This document shows positions 36,981 through 47,632 of a stretch of 64,000 nt of DNA, one piece after another. A model generated the notes under the pieces. It was not told where the DNA came from. It ran no database searches and was given only the letters and a program-made list of their open reading frames with translations. Origin of the DNA: Candidatus Omnitrophota bacterium (GTDB taxonomy: Bacteria; Omnitrophota; Gorgyraeia; Zapsychrales; Fredricksoniimonadaceae); contig JAGWOI010000008.1 of NCBI GenBank assembly GCA_028870995.1, positions 3,468 to 67,467 on the forward strand. Reading direction: 5' to 3'. The translations under genes were made by a program, and so were the position numbers. Each line of letters starts with the position of its first letter. Within the stretch, counting starts at the first letter, position 1.

Positions 36981-37667
36981 ATGGACTATACTGCATACAT
37001 CCATTGCCAAGTCAAGAATTTGAAAAATGGCCTGGAGAAAAGCCGGATCCAGCCTTATGTGACCATTTCACGCCAAACAGGCGCCTGGGGGCTGACCATT
37101 GCCAAAAAACTTTGCGAATCCTTAAAGAAGGTCCCCCAGTTCAAAAACTGTCCATGGGCCATTTTTGATAAAGAGATCCTTGATAAGGTGATACATGAGC
37201 TAAATTTGCCGGAAACGGTTCTTCCTTATCTTTCGGAATCGACCATTACCGAGATCGAGGATCTGATGGAGGAGCTCTTCGGACTGCATCCTTCCCGGTA
37301 CCTGCTGGTCCAGGAGACCAGCAAGACCATCCTGCATTTGGCCCAGCTCGGCCATGCCATCATTGTGGGCAGGGGCTCGGGCATCATCACTGCCAAAATC
37401 CCCGGCGGTGTTCATGTGCGGTTGATAGCCCCCTTGGAAAAACGCATTGAGCATATGCAGGAGTATTTAAAGGTCAGCCGCGAGGAGGCCAGAAGGTTTA
37501 TCCTTGAAAAAGACGCCAACCGGAAGAATTACGCTAAAAAGTATTTCGATAAGGATAATAGCGATCCTTTGTTGTATGACCTGGTCATCAATGTGGATGC
37601 CGTGGGGATCCATGAGACGGTGAAGATCATTGAAGATTTGTTACTGATCAAGAATAAGCTATGTTAA
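36981..37667 (+). CDS. Cytidylate kinase-like family protein
   Basis: TISRQTGAWG, IIVGRGS, HVRLIAP..R and YDLVIN. Confidence 0.85.
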   Translation: MDYTAYIHCQVKNLKNGLEKSRIQPYVTISRQTGAWGLTIAKKLCESLKKVPQFKNCPWAIFDKEILDKVIHELNLPETVLPYLSESTITEIEDLMEELFGLHPSRYLLVQETSKTILHLAQLGHAIIVGRGSGIITAKIPGGVHVRLIAPLEKRIEHMQEYLKVSREEARRFILEKDANRKNYAKKYFDKDNSDPLLYDLVINVDAVGIHETVKIIEDLLLIKNKLC

Positions 37668-38107
37668 AGCGGCTGCTGACAGGGGCCATGATTTTCACTT
37701 TGTGGAGCGGGTATCTTCAAGCCCAGGAGGTCCCGTCCCAGAAAAAGACCTTGGCCGACGGCTGTACCTATGAGGGTCAATTCAAGGGCGACGTCCCCGG
37801 TGGCCAAGGGGCCGTGACCTGTCCCAACGGGGTGCAATACACCGGAGCATTCAAGGACGGGCTTTATGACGGCCCAGGGACCCTGGTTTATGCCGACAGC
37901 AGCAAATACGAGGGGCATTTTAAAGAGGGGCTTCTGGACGGCCACGGGGATTTGACTTGGGCCGACGGGGGGTCTTATAAGGGGAATTTCAGCGCAGGTC
38001 AGATCAACGGCGAGGGGGTTTTGACCGGCGCAGACGGCAGCCGTCACGAAGGCTACTTTAAAAACGGGGATTTTGTGGGTACGGAAGAGCCGGCACAGGA
38101 CAATTAA
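37661..38107 (+). CDS. Exported MORN-repeat protein
   Basis: Signal peptide and five Y.G.FK.G...G.G repeats. Confidence 0.88.
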   Translation: MLKRLLTGAMIFTLWSGYLQAQEVPSQKKTLADGCTYEGQFKGDVPGGQGAVTCPNGVQYTGAFKDGLYDGPGTLVYADSSKYEGHFKEGLLDGHGDLTWADGGSYKGNFSAGQINGEGVLTGADGSRHEGYFKNGDFVGTEEPAQDN

Positions 38108-38127
38108 TTGCTTTAGAAAGGATAAAT

Positions 38128-38760
38128 ATGTCAGGTCATGTAAAGAAGGTTTTGGCGGCAGGCTTGTTGCTGTTGTTGTCGCTGCCGGGATTATCTTATG
38201 CCGACTGGTCCGTGGGGATCGGCGTAGGCAACCCTGATTATCACCGCGATCATGACAGGGACCGCTGGCATGAATGGCACGAGCATCCCCGCTGGGGTTA
38301 TCGGGAGCGTTATTTGCCGCCGGATTGCTACACCATCTGGTCTGACGGCATCAGGTATCATTATTGCGGAGGCGTGTATTACACCTATGCCAGCGGGGAT
38401 TATATGCTGGTCAACCCTCCGGCAGGAGCTTTTGTCAACGCCATTCCGCCGGATTTTCACCCTGTGGTCATTAACGGGATTACCTATTATACCGATCAGG
38501 GCATTTATTATGTTTTAACCGCCCGTGGTTATCAAGTGGTCGCCCCGCCTGTAGTGGAACAGCCGCAGGTGCTGACGCCGCCTCCGGCGCCGCCCACCAG
38601 CTATGGCCAGGACAGTTTCACCGTGAATGTGCCCAACAACAGCGGGGGCTATACGACGGTGGTCGTTAAAAGATCGGGTAAGGGCTATGTGGGGCCGCAA
38701 GGGGAGTATTACGCGGAATTTCCCAAGGTTTCCGAGCTTAAAGCCATGTACGTGAAGTGA
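38128..38760 (+). CDS. Exported His/Tyr/Pro-rich protein (DUF6515-like)
   Basis: Signal peptide ending SYA-D; duplicated LP..Y....G..YY..G.YY....Y.VV.PP units; GYVGPQGEYY. Confidence 0.75.
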   Translation: MSGHVKKVLAAGLLLLLSLPGLSYADWSVGIGVGNPDYHRDHDRDRWHEWHEHPRWGYRERYLPPDCYTIWSDGIRYHYCGGVYYTYASGDYMLVNPPAGAFVNAIPPDFHPVVINGITYYTDQGIYYVLTARGYQVVAPPVVEQPQVLTPPPAPPTSYGQDSFTVNVPNNSGGYTTVVVKRSGKGYVGPQGEYYAEFPKVSELKAMYVK

Positions 38761-38783
38761 CCTAGCGTAAAAAATCGTTAAAG

Positions 38784-38834
38784 AACCGGGACACAGGATT
38801 TTTTAATAAAAATTCAATGTGTCCCGGTTTTTTT
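38784..38834 (+). terminator. Rho-independent terminator
   Basis: AACCGGGACACA...TGTGTCCCGGTT 12-bp stem followed by a T-run. Confidence 0.8.
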
Positions 38835-38844
38835 ATTCCCGCCA

Positions 38845-38904
38845 TTGACACGCTACTTCCTATCATGTATATTTAACCAGTAGAATATTTCACATAGTGA
38901 AATA
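38845..38904 (+). promoter_or_regulatory. Sigma70 promoter and probable MarR operator
   Basis: TTGACA-17 bp-TATATT; perfect TATTTCAC-ata-GTGAAATA at 38886-38904. Confidence 0.8.
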
Positions 38905-38924
38905 AATGGGAGGTTGCATAAAAT

Positions 38925-39398
38925 ATGGGACAGCTTAAACTGGAAGAGTTTGGGGACCGGATGGTCGGGCTCCTTCCCAAATTGAAGATCGAGATGGGCT
39001 GTTACGAAAACAACACCCTGATCAAGAGCGACCTGACCGAGACCCAGCTCTTGGTTTTGGAATGCCTTTCCACCTGCGGGCTCTGCAAGATGCATATTTT
39101 AGTTGAGGCCCTTAAGTCCAAATTTCCCTCCGTTACGGCCATGATCGACAGGCTGGTAAAAATGGGTTTTGTGAGGCGCGAACACGGCAAGGAGGACCGC
39201 CGCACTGTCCTGGTGGATTTGAGTGTCAAAGGCCGCAAGGTCTTAAACCAGGTGCATGGGGAGCGTCGGAAGGTTTTCATGCAGGTTTTTAGCCGGGTTT
39301 CCCAGGCCGAAAGGGAAGAATATTTAAGGATCATTGAAAAGCTGGTCGACAGTTTTTCCCATCCTATTGAACCCACCAAGAAAGACAAATGCCTATGA
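38925..39398 (+). CDS. MarR-family regulator
   Basis: LTETQ, SVTAMIDRL..GFVRR..EDRR..LS.KG. Confidence 0.92.
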   Translation: MGQLKLEEFGDRMVGLLPKLKIEMGCYENNTLIKSDLTETQLLVLECLSTCGLCKMHILVEALKSKFPSVTAMIDRLVKMGFVRREHGKEDRRTVLVDLSVKGRKVLNQVHGERRKVFMQVFSRVSQAEREEYLRIIEKLVDSFSHPIEPTKKDKCL

Positions 39399-40546
39399 AA
39401 AGATTTTTCCGACTGTTGCCGGCCGTTGCGGTGAGCGTTATTTTTATCGGCTGCAGCCACAAGCAAGGGGGCGGGATGCCCGCCATGCCGCCGCCGGAAG
39501 TGAGTGTGGCGCAGGTGACATCCCAGGATGTGCCTCTCACCGCTGAACTGCCGGGCCGCATCGATGCCGTGCGCACCGCCCAGGTCCGGGCCCGCGCCAC
39601 CGGTATCCTGCTTAAGCAAATATATAAGGAAGGCTCGGAGGTCAAGGAGGGGGATGTCTTGTTCCAGATCGATCCGGCACCGTTGCAGGCGAGCCTGGAC
39701 AGCGCCAAGGCCGCACTGGCCAAGGCCAGGGCGAACCTGGAAGATGCCCAAATCAAGGCCGAGCGCTACAAGGCGCTGGCTGCCATCCATGCCGTCAGCA
39801 AACAAGAGTATGATGATGCCAACGCCTTAGGGTTGCAGGCCAAGGCGGATGTCGAGTCGGCCAAGGCCGCGGTGGAGGTGGCTCGACTGAACCTGGGTTA
39901 TGCCACGGTGACGGCGTCCATTTCGGGTCACATTGGGCCGGCACTCGTGACCGAAGGCGCTCTGGTGAGCCAAACCGATGCCACCCCGATGGCCTTGATC
40001 CAGCAGCTTGACCCGATTTATTTTGACTTTACCGAATCCAGTACGGAAGAATTGAAGCTGAGACAGGCCTTTGAAGGGGGAAAGCTGCAACGCGTCGCGC
40101 CCCATGAAGCCAAGATCACCTTGTTATTGGAAGACGGCAGCGAGTATAAACAACCGGGCAAGCTATTGTTCACGGATACCACGGTGGATCCCAGCACAGG
40201 CATGGTGACCTTGCGTGCCATGTTCCCCAATCCGGACCATTTATTGCTGCCGGGGATGTTCGCCCGCTGCCGCATCAAGCAGGCGGTCAATCCCCAGGCG
40301 GTTTTGGCGCTTCAGCAGGGGATCATTCTCGGTCCTAACGGGACTGCCAGTGCCATGGTGGTAACGCCTGACAACAAGGTGGAATCACGGCCCGTCAACA
40401 TAGGCCAGGCCATCGGTGACAAGTGGGTCGTGACCGGCGGCCTGAAGGCGGGGGAAAGCATTATTGTTGAAGGCCTGCAGAAGGCCAGGCCCGGCATGAC
40501 CGTCAAACCTGTGCCGTTCAAGACGGACAATCAGTATTCCCTATAA
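39395..40546 (+). CDS. RND periplasmic adaptor (AcrA/MexA-like lipoprotein)
   Basis: Lipobox FIGC, ELPGR, VRAR..G and VDPSTG. Confidence 0.93.
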   Translation: MKRFFRLLPAVAVSVIFIGCSHKQGGGMPAMPPPEVSVAQVTSQDVPLTAELPGRIDAVRTAQVRARATGILLKQIYKEGSEVKEGDVLFQIDPAPLQASLDSAKAALAKARANLEDAQIKAERYKALAAIHAVSKQEYDDANALGLQAKADVESAKAAVEVARLNLGYATVTASISGHIGPALVTEGALVSQTDATPMALIQQLDPIYFDFTESSTEELKLRQAFEGGKLQRVAPHEAKITLLLEDGSEYKQPGKLLFTDTTVDPSTGMVTLRAMFPNPDHLLLPGMFARCRIKQAVNPQAVLALQQGIILGPNGTASAMVVTPDNKVESRPVNIGQAIGDKWVVTGGLKAGESIIVEGLQKARPGMTVKPVPFKTDNQYSL

Positions 40547-40561
40547 AGTTTAAGGAAAAAC

Positions 40562-43500
40562 ATGCTGTCCAAGTTTTTTATAGATAGACCGATATTCGCC
40601 TGGGTCATCTCTTTATTGATCTTGCTCATGGGAATCGTGGCCATTACCCAATTGCCCGTGGCCCAGTATCCAAGCGTGGCTCCTCCGTCGATATCAGTCA
40701 TTGCCAACTATGCCGGCGCTTCCGCCGAGACCCTGCAGGAGACGGTCACCTCGGTCATCGAGCAGCAGCTCAACGGCATCGATCATTTGCTTTACATGTC
40801 CTCCTCCAGCAATTCCAGCGGGCAGGCCATGATCTCCCTTTATTTCGAACCCGGCACCAATCCCGATACGGCCCAGGTGCAGGTCCAGAACAAGCTGCAG
40901 CTGGCCCTGCCGAGCCTGCCAATCGTCGTCCAGCAGGCCGGCGTCACCGTCGTTAAATCCACGCGTAATTTCCTGATGTTCTTCACCTTGTCATCTACCG
41001 ACGGCAGCATGAATGCCGTCGACCTCGGCAATTATATTTCCGCCCATGTCTTGCAACCTATCAGCCGCCTACCGGGAGTGGGCGAGGCGGATTTGTTCGG
41101 CACGGAGTATGCCATGCGCGTCTGGATGGATCCGCAAAAACTTTATAGCTACAGATTGACGGCAGGGGACGTGATCGCAGCCCTTCAGGCGCAGAACATC
41201 CAGGTGCCTTTGGGACAGCTGGGGGCGAGACCCGCGGTCAAGGGGCAGGAATTGAACATCACCCTTCAGGGTCAGGGGACCTTGCGCAGCCCCAAGGAGT
41301 TCGGCAATATTCTTCTCAAGGTGAATCCCGACGGCTCACGGGTGTACTTGCGTAATGTCGCACGGGTGGCCCTGGCCGGATTGGACTATACCACCCAGGC
41401 GTTCATCAACGGCCGGCCATCGGCGGCCGTGGCCATTAAATTGACCCCCACGGCCAATGCCGTCAAGACCGCCGATGCGATACGGGCGAAAGTGGCCGAG
41501 CTTTCCCAATACTTCCCGCCGCATATTAAGGTCAATTTCCCTCTGGACCAGTCCGCCTTCGTGCGCATCTCCATCCAGGAGGTCATCAAGACCCTGCTTA
41601 TCGCCATCTTTCTCGTGTTTTTGGTCATGTATCTGTTCCTGCAGAATTTCCGCACGACCCTGATACCCACGATCGTAGTACCGGTGGCCTTGATGGGGAC
41701 ATTCACGGCCATGAAGGCTTTTGGATTTTCCATCAATGTGTTGACCCTGTTCGGCATGGTGCTGGCCATCGGCATGCTGGTCGATGATGCCATTGTGGTG
41801 GTTGAAAACGTTGAGCGCCTCATGCGGGAGGAGGGGCTAGGTCCCCGGGAGGCCAGCATCAAGGCCATGGAGCAGATCACCGGCGCGCTCGTTGGTATTT
41901 CGCTCGTACTGACGGCGGTCTTTATCCCCATGGCCTTTTTCGGCGGGTCAGTGGGGGCCATTTACCGGCAGTTCTCCTTGTCGCTCATTGCCTCGATGCT
42001 GTTTTCCATCTTTCTGGCCCTGACCATGACCCCGTCCTTGTGCGCCTCGATGCTCAAGCCCATTCCGCCGGGACATCATGACCAAAAGCGCGGCTTTTTC
42101 GGCTGGTTCAACCGCTTTTTCGATAACAGCCGCAACACCTATCAGAGCATCATCGCCCGTATGATGAAAGGCACCGTGCGGTATTTCCTCATCTACTTGG
42201 CCATCATTGCCGCCATTGTTGTTCTGTTCTCCCGGCTGCCGTCGTCGTTCTTGCCGGAAGAGGACCAGGGTTATTTCATCACGCTTGTTTCGCTGCCGGT
42301 GGGCGCTACCCAGCAACGGACACTGAAGGTGCTCAAACAAGTGGAACAATATTTCCTGAAACAGCCGGAAGTCCGGGAGATCATCACCGTGGCTGGATTC
42401 AGTTTCAACGGCCGCGGCCAGAATTCGGCGCTCGCCTTTATCCGCCTGAAGGACTGGAGCCAGCGTCCCGGCGCGGTTCATAAAGCGCCGGCGATCATCG
42501 GGCGGGCATTTATGGCCTTCTCCAGGATCAAGGACGCCATTATCTATCCGGTGAATCTGCCGCCTATCCCGGAACTGGGTACCTCCTCGGGGTTTGATAT
42601 GGAATTGGAGGATCAAGAGGGGCTGGGCCATGAAAAGTTCATGCAGGCCGTCCATCAATTGCTGGGTATGGCCGCTAAAAACCCCAATGTGTCGGGTGTG
42701 CGCATGCAGGGCCTGGAGGACGTGCCCGAGCTAAAGGTTAATGTCGACAAGGACAAGGCCAGCGCCCTGGGAATTTCCCTCGCGGAGCTTAACACCACCA
42801 TGCAAGCCGATCTGGGTTCCCTGTATGTCAATAATTTCGTGCACGGCAACCGGGTGCAGCGTGTGATGGTCCAGCTTGACGCGCCTTTCCGCATGCTTCC
42901 CCAGGACATCGATAAAATTTATGTGCGCAACAACCAGGGGAAGATGGTCTCCTTGGGGGGGCTTGTCCACCTGCAATGGGCTTATGGTTCTCCGCAATTG
43001 CAGCGGTACAACGGTGTTCCTGCCATCGAGATCGTGGGAAGTGCCGCGCCCGGCAAGAGTACTGGCCAGGCCATGAAAGCCATGGCAAGCCTTGTCAAAA
43101 AACTGCCGCCGGGTATCGGTTATGAATGGACAGGCCAGTCTTACGAGGAACTTTTATCCAGCGCCCAGGCACCGGCCCTGTTTATGCTTTCCTTAATTGT
43201 CGTCTTCCTGGCGCTGGCGGCCCTTTATGAAAGCTGGAACATTCCTTTTGCTGTTATGCTGGTCGTACCGTTGGGGATTTTGGGCTCGTTGCTGGCTGCC
43301 ACCTTACGCGGGCTTCCCAATGACGTGTATTTTAAAGTGGGTCTTTTGGCCATCATCGGTTTATCAGCCAAGAATGCTATTTTGATCGTTGAGTTTGCCA
43401 AGGACCTGCAAAAAGAGGGGAAGGAATTGGTCCAAGCCACCCTGGAGGCCGCTCATTTGCGCCTGCGGCCCATCCTGATGACATCCATGGCTTTTATTTT

Positions 43501-43678
43501 AGGGGTCAGCCCTTTGATATTCAGCAACGGGGCTGGTTCGGCCAGCCAGCACGATATCGGCACTGGCGTTGCGGGCGGCATGTTGACCGCTACCTTCCTG
43601 GCCCTGCTGTTTGTCCCGATATTCTTTGTTTCCGTGCGCCGGTTGTTCATGCCGAAGAATAAAGGTAAGGTGAAATGA
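40562..43678 (+). CDS. HAE1 RND permease (AcrB/MexB-like)
   Basis: [33 protein letters not shown] and RLRPILMTS. Confidence 0.96.
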   Translation: MLSKFFIDRPIFAWVISLLILLMGIVAITQLPVAQYPSVAPPSISVIANYAGASAETLQETVTSVIEQQLNGIDHLLYMSSSSNSSGQAMISLYFEPGTNPDTAQVQVQNKLQLALPSLPIVVQQAGVTVVKSTRNFLMFFTLSSTDGSMNAVDLGNYISAHVLQPISRLPGVGEADLFGTEYAMRVWMDPQKLYSYRLTAGDVIAALQAQNIQVPLGQLGARPAVKGQELNITLQGQGTLRSPKEFGNILLKVNPDGSRVYLRNVARVALAGLDYTTQAFINGRPSAAVAIKLTPTANAVKTADAIRAKVAELSQYFPPHIKVNFPLDQSAFVRISIQEVIKTLLIAIFLVFLVMYLFLQNFRTTLIPTIVVPVALMGTFTAMKAFGFSINVLTLFGMVLAIGMLVDDAIVVVENVERLMREEGLGPREASIKAMEQITGALVGISLVLTAVFIPMAFFGGSVGAIYRQFSLSLIASMLFSIFLALTMTPSLCASMLKPIPPGHHDQKRGFFGWFNRFFDNSRNTYQSIIARMMKGTVRYFLIYLAIIAAIVVLFSRLPSSFLPEEDQGYFITLVSLPVGATQQRTLKVLKQVEQYFLKQPEVREIITVAGFSFNGRGQNSALAFIRLKDWSQRPGAVHKAPAIIGRAFMAFSRIKDAIIYPVNLPPIPELGTSSGFDMELEDQEGLGHEKFMQAVHQLLGMAAKNPNVSGVRMQGLEDVPELKVNVDKDKASALGISLAELNTTMQADLGSLYVNNFVHGNRVQRVMVQLDAPFRMLPQDIDKIYVRNNQGKMVSLGGLVHLQWAYGSPQLQRYNGVPAIEIVGSAAPGKSTGQAMKAMASLVKKLPPGIGYEWTGQSYEELLSSAQAPALFMLSLIVVFLALAALYESWNIPFAVMLVVPLGILGSLLAATLRGLPNDVYFKVGLLAIIGLSAKNAILIVEFAKDLQKEGKELVQATLEAAHLRLRPILMTSMAFILGVSPLIFSNGAGSASQHDIGTGVAGGMLTATFLALLFVPIFFVSVRRLFMPKNKGKVK

Positions 43679-45072
43679 ACATAAGACCTTTAAAAGTCAT
43701 TATTTCAACCGCGCTGACCTTCTCCATGGCCTTCTCCGGGTGCACCTTTATTCCCAAATACCAGCGTCCGGCCCCGCCCGTGCCGGCACAATTTACGCAT
43801 GCCAATCCTAAAGTGCAGACGGCAGGAACACCTGCCTATGACATCGGCTGGCAGGCCTTTTTCAAGGACCCGCGGCTGCAAAAGCTTATTGGGCTGGCCC
43901 TGGCCAACAACCGTGATTACCGTGTGGCCATGTTGAATGTGGAACAGATCCGCGATCAGTACAGGATCATTCGGTATGCCTTGATTCCGACCTTCCAGAT
44001 CGATGCCCAGGGCACGCGTGAACGCGGTCTGGTCGGTAAAAGCATTACGTCGCTGACTTCCTATCAGGCGAACATCAATACCTCCTATGAAGTGGACCTT
44101 TTCGGTCATATCCGCAGCCTCCAGGCCCAGGCCGTGGAGCAATATTTCGCCACCCGTCAAGCAGCCCTGGCGGCCCGGATTTCGCTTGTGGCCGCCGTGG
44201 CCCAGCAGTATTTGACCGTGCTTGCGATGGAAGAGCAGGTGCGCCTGCTGCGGCATACGCTCAAGAACGTTGAATCTTATTATGGGTTGATTACAAAGAG
44301 TTATCAAATCGGCAATGCCTCTGCCTTGGACGTGCGCCTGGCTGAAGTCCAGGTGCAGACGATCGAGGCGGCGGTTGCCGGCGATGAACGCCTTGAGGCC
44401 CAGGCGAAGGATGGTCTGATGCTTTTGGTGGGTGAGGCCTTGCCCGCAGACCTTCCGCCGTCAGGCAGTCTGGCTTCACAGAGGCTGATAGAGGATTTGC
44501 CGGCAGGACTTTCGTCGGATTTGCTGCAGCAGCGTCCGGATATCCTGGAAGCGGAGCATAATCTCAAGGCTGCCAACGCCAACATCGGTGTCGTGCGGGC
44601 GGCTTTCTTCCCCAGCATCACCCTGACCGCTTCCGACGGGACCGCCAGCGTCAAGCTGGCCAAGCTCTTTGAGCACAATGTCTGGAGTTTTTCGCCCCAA
44701 ATTTCGTTGCCGTTATTCAACCAGAATACCAACCTGGCCAATTTGCATGCGGCCCAGGTCCAAAAAAAAATCCAGATCGCCCAATATGAAAAAACCGTCC
44801 AGACGGCTTTTAAGGAAGTTTCCGACGGGCTTATCGCCCGCGATACGTATAACGCGCAATTAACGGCCCAGCAAAAGCTGGTTGACGCCCAACATGAACG
44901 TTACGTCCTCACCCAGGCCCGTTACCTTAACGGCATCGACAGTTACCTGACCGTGCTGCTGGCGCAGCAAGATTTGTACAGCGCCCGGCAAACCCTCATC
45001 CAGGTAAGCCTGGACCGTCTCACCAACCTCATCAATCTCTACAAAGCCCTTGGCGGCGGCTGGAAAAAATAG
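43675..45072 (+). CDS. Outer membrane factor (OprM-like lipoprotein)
   Basis: Lipobox FSGC, P.Y.RP, RPDI..AE and LYKALGGGW. Confidence 0.94.
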   Translation: MNIRPLKVIISTALTFSMAFSGCTFIPKYQRPAPPVPAQFTHANPKVQTAGTPAYDIGWQAFFKDPRLQKLIGLALANNRDYRVAMLNVEQIRDQYRIIRYALIPTFQIDAQGTRERGLVGKSITSLTSYQANINTSYEVDLFGHIRSLQAQAVEQYFATRQAALAARISLVAAVAQQYLTVLAMEEQVRLLRHTLKNVESYYGLITKSYQIGNASALDVRLAEVQVQTIEAAVAGDERLEAQAKDGLMLLVGEALPADLPPSGSLASQRLIEDLPAGLSSDLLQQRPDILEAEHNLKAANANIGVVRAAFFPSITLTASDGTASVKLAKLFEHNVWSFSPQISLPLFNQNTNLANLHAAQVQKKIQIAQYEKTVQTAFKEVSDGLIARDTYNAQLTAQQKLVDAQHERYVLTQARYLNGIDSYLTVLLAQQDLYSARQTLIQVSLDRLTNLINLYKALGGGWKK

Positions 45073-45092
45073 GGACAGATCCCTATTTTTTC
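45063..45092 (+). terminator. Bidirectional-type terminator hairpin spanning the oprM stop
   Basis: GAAAAAATAGGGA-caga-TCCCTATTTTTTC, a perfect 13-bp stem. Confidence 0.8.
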
Positions 45093-45098
45093 TTGAGC

Positions 45099-45127
45099 GG
45101 AACTTTTTCGGCCCTCTCTTTGTCTAA
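45099..45127 (+). promoter_or_regulatory. ECF sigma (RpoE-type) promoter
   Basis: GGAACTT-16 bp-GTCTAA upstream of the Spy/CpxP gene. Confidence 0.75.
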
Positions 45128-45170
45128 ATGAGTGAAGGATGAGAGAGAAACAATTTCAACAGGAGGTCAT

Positions 45171-45680
45171 ATGACAGCAAAAATGAAAATGGCAGGATTG
45201 GCCGTGGCGTTGATGGGGTTATTGTCTTTTTCTGCGGCTTACGCGGACAACGGACCGATGGGCGGCGGGAATATGCACAAAGGCTGGCACCATGAAGATA
45301 AAGGGAAGAGGTTGGGCGAGGTCCTTAATCTGACAGAATCTCAGGATAAACAACTGCAGGCGCTTCATGAACAGCAAAGGACCCAAATGAAGGCGGTCTT
45401 CGAACAGATGAAGGCCAACCGGCAGGATTTTGAGGCGGAAATCGCTAAAGAAAAACCGGACATGAATAAAATCAATGACCTTCAAACCAAGCTGAAGAGC
45501 ATCCAGGCCCAAATGGTGGACGATCATTTAAACGGGATCCTGGCCGTCAAAAAGATTCTGACGCCGCAGCAGTTTGCCGGATACATGGCCTTGAAGAAGG
45601 AGAGGCAGATGAAGATGATGCACCGCATGCATGAGCGCTTCGAGCATGGAGTGAATAAGGGAGGGGAATATGAGAAATAA
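45171..45680 (+). CDS. Spy/CpxP-family periplasmic protein
   Basis: AGGAGG SD, signal peptide, LNLTESQ and ILTPQQ (LTxxQ) motifs. Confidence 0.88.
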   Translation: MTAKMKMAGLAVALMGLLSFSAAYADNGPMGGGNMHKGWHHEDKGKRLGEVLNLTESQDKQLQALHEQQRTQMKAVFEQMKANRQDFEAEIAKEKPDMNKINDLQTKLKSIQAQMVDDHLNGILAVKKILTPQQFAGYMALKKERQMKMMHRMHERFEHGVNKGGEYEK

Positions 45681-46005
45681 AATATTCATGGGAATTTTGA
45701 TGTTGGTATTATTAGCTGTTCCTCAATTATCGTATGCCGATTGGGGAGTAGGGGGCCGCGTGGGCGACCGCGACGGCCATCACGACCGCGACGACCACCG
45801 TTTTTACGGCTGGTATAACCATCCGCAATGGGGCTGGCGTGCGCAGTATGTTCCTGCCGGTTTTGTCCCTGTCCGGGTGGGCTGGCAGCAGTATTATTAC
45901 TATAATGGATGGTATTACACCTATATCAACGGCAATTACGTTCCGGTCAACCCGCCGGTGGCGCCGGTGGTCTATCAACCGGGAGTTCAGGTAATTTATA
46001 GATAA
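45670..46005 (+). CDS. Small exported His/Tyr-rich protein, paralog of 38128-38760
   Basis: LSYADWGVG, HHDRDDH, HPQWGW and YYYYNGWYY. Confidence 0.75.
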   Translation: MRNKIFMGILMLVLLAVPQLSYADWGVGGRVGDRDGHHDRDDHRFYGWYNHPQWGWRAQYVPAGFVPVRVGWQQYYYYNGWYYTYINGNYVPVNPPVAPVVYQPGVQVIYR

Positions 46006-46050
46006 AAAGTTCTGAATTTAATCTAAATAGAAGAGAAAGAAGAATATAAT

Positions 46051-46452
46051 ATGGGCATGAAATGGCTTTTAACCTTCGCCGCCCTATGCGGAATGCTGCT
46101 GCCTGCCTTCGCGCAAGATATCTCTGCAAATGCGCCGGGCGGTCTTCCTAACATACAGGACTCCTTAAGCCTGACCGAAGACCAGGTGGATGCCGTCATG
46201 CCCATCGTTGAGAAATATGCTTCCCAGCGCCAGGAATTACGGGAAAGCCTGAAAAATGGGATTTTAAGCACGGCCCATGCCCGCCCTCAAATGAAACAAA
46301 TAAAGCAACAGGAGCGCCGGGAGTTGGCCAAATATTTAAGTGCCGCTCAATTGAGCCGGTGGGATGCCTTGTATAAAGCCAGGCATAAGGATCGTCTTGC
46401 GGACGGCGGCCGGGAAGAAAGCAACGGTAATGGGACAAGCAGCGCACATTAA
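46051..46452 (+). CDS. Exported helical protein, Spy-like
   Basis: Signal peptide, LSLTEDQ and YLSAAQ. Confidence 0.7.
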   Translation: MGMKWLLTFAALCGMLLPAFAQDISANAPGGLPNIQDSLSLTEDQVDAVMPIVEKYASQRQELRESLKNGILSTAHARPQMKQIKQQERRELAKYLSAAQLSRWDALYKARHKDRLADGGREESNGNGTSSAH

Positions 46453-47632
46453 AAAAGGGCCGCCGGGATGGGTATGGGGCATCCTTGTTATTCTTCTGGC
46501 TGTCTGGGGTGTTCATCATTGGTATAGTAAGCCGGCAGCAGGCCCTCAAGGAATGCAGGCCGCAGGGAAGCAGGGCGGCCGGATATCCTTCGAGTCGCCC
46601 ATCGTCACGGCCACGGCCCATACCGGCAGCATTGAAATTTATCTCAACGGCCTTGGCTCGGTCACGCCCCTGAACACCGTTACCGTCCGGTATCTTGTCG
46701 GCGGGCAGTTGGTGAAGGTTTTTTTCAAGGAGGGCCAGATCGTCAAGGAAGGGGATTTGCTGGCCCAGATCGATCCACGGCCTTTTGAAATCCAACTGAC
46801 CCAAGCCCAAGGCCAGCTGCTGCATGACAAGGCCCTGCTGGAAGATGCGCAATTAAACCTGGAGCGCTATAAGATCCTCTCCGGTCAGGATGCCATCCCC
46901 AAACAACAATTGGATACCCAGGCCGCCCTGGTCCGGCAATACGAGGGCTCGGTGAAGGTGGATCAGGCCCAGGTCAGCAATGCCCAACTGCAGTTGACCT
47001 ACGCGCGCGTCACGTCTCCGATCAGCGGCCGCATCGGCTTGCGCCTGGAAGATGCGGGAACAATCGTCTCTCCCAGCGACACCACCGGCCTGGCGGTGAT
47101 CACCAAGCTGCAGCCTATTACAGTGGTTTTTTCCATTCCTGAGGACAATCTCCCCCAGGTCCTGAAGCCCTACCAGTCCGGCCAAAAACTCACGGCCTTG
47201 GCCTTTAACCGCGAAGATACGAAGCAAATAGCAACGGGCACCTTGGAGGCTGTGGACAGTCAGATCGACCCGGCCACCGGCATGGTCAAGTTGAAAGCGG
47301 TATTTGACAACAAGGACGATGCGCTATTTCCCAACCAGTTCGTCAATATTCATTTGCTTGTCCAGGTCGAGAAGAATGCGGTCATCATACCCGTGGCTGC
47401 CGTCCAGCAGGGGCCGCAAGGCGATTTTGTTTTTGTGGTCAAGCCGGACCATACGGTGACGGTGCGCGATGTCAAATTGGGTACGACCCAAAAGGACAGC
47501 GTGGCCGTCAAGCAAGGCTTGGCGGCGGGTGAGGTGGTTGTGGTGGAAGGGGCGGATAAACTCAAAGAAGGCAGCAAGGTCATTCTCTCCATGGGGCAGA
47601 GGCGGCAAAAGGTTTCCGGAGAGGCCCCATGA
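46430..47632 (+). CDS. mdtA: RND adaptor MdtA-like
   Basis: [33 protein letters not shown] and LFPNQFVN. Confidence 0.9.
   Translation: MGQAAHIKKGPPGWVWGILVILLAVWGVHHWYSKPAAGPQGMQAAGKQGGRISFESPIVTATAHTGSIEIYLNGLGSVTPLNTVTVRYLVGGQLVKVFFKEGQIVKEGDLLAQIDPRPFEIQLTQAQGQLLHDKALLEDAQLNLERYKILSGQDAIPKQQLDTQAALVRQYEGSVKVDQAQVSNAQLQLTYARVTSPISGRIGLRLEDAGTIVSPSDTTGLAVITKLQPITVVFSIPEDNLPQVLKPYQSGQKLTALAFNREDTKQIATGTLEAVDSQIDPATGMVKLKAVFDNKDDALFPNQFVNIHLLVQVEKNAVIIPVAAVQQGPQGDFVFVVKPDHTVTVRDVKLGTTQKDSVAVKQGLAAGEVVVVEGADKLKEGSKVILSMGQRRQKVSGEAP

Noticed and set aside
44762-44770. A9 homopolymer in the OprM-like gene
   Set aside because: In frame (QKKI) and too short to argue for phase variation.
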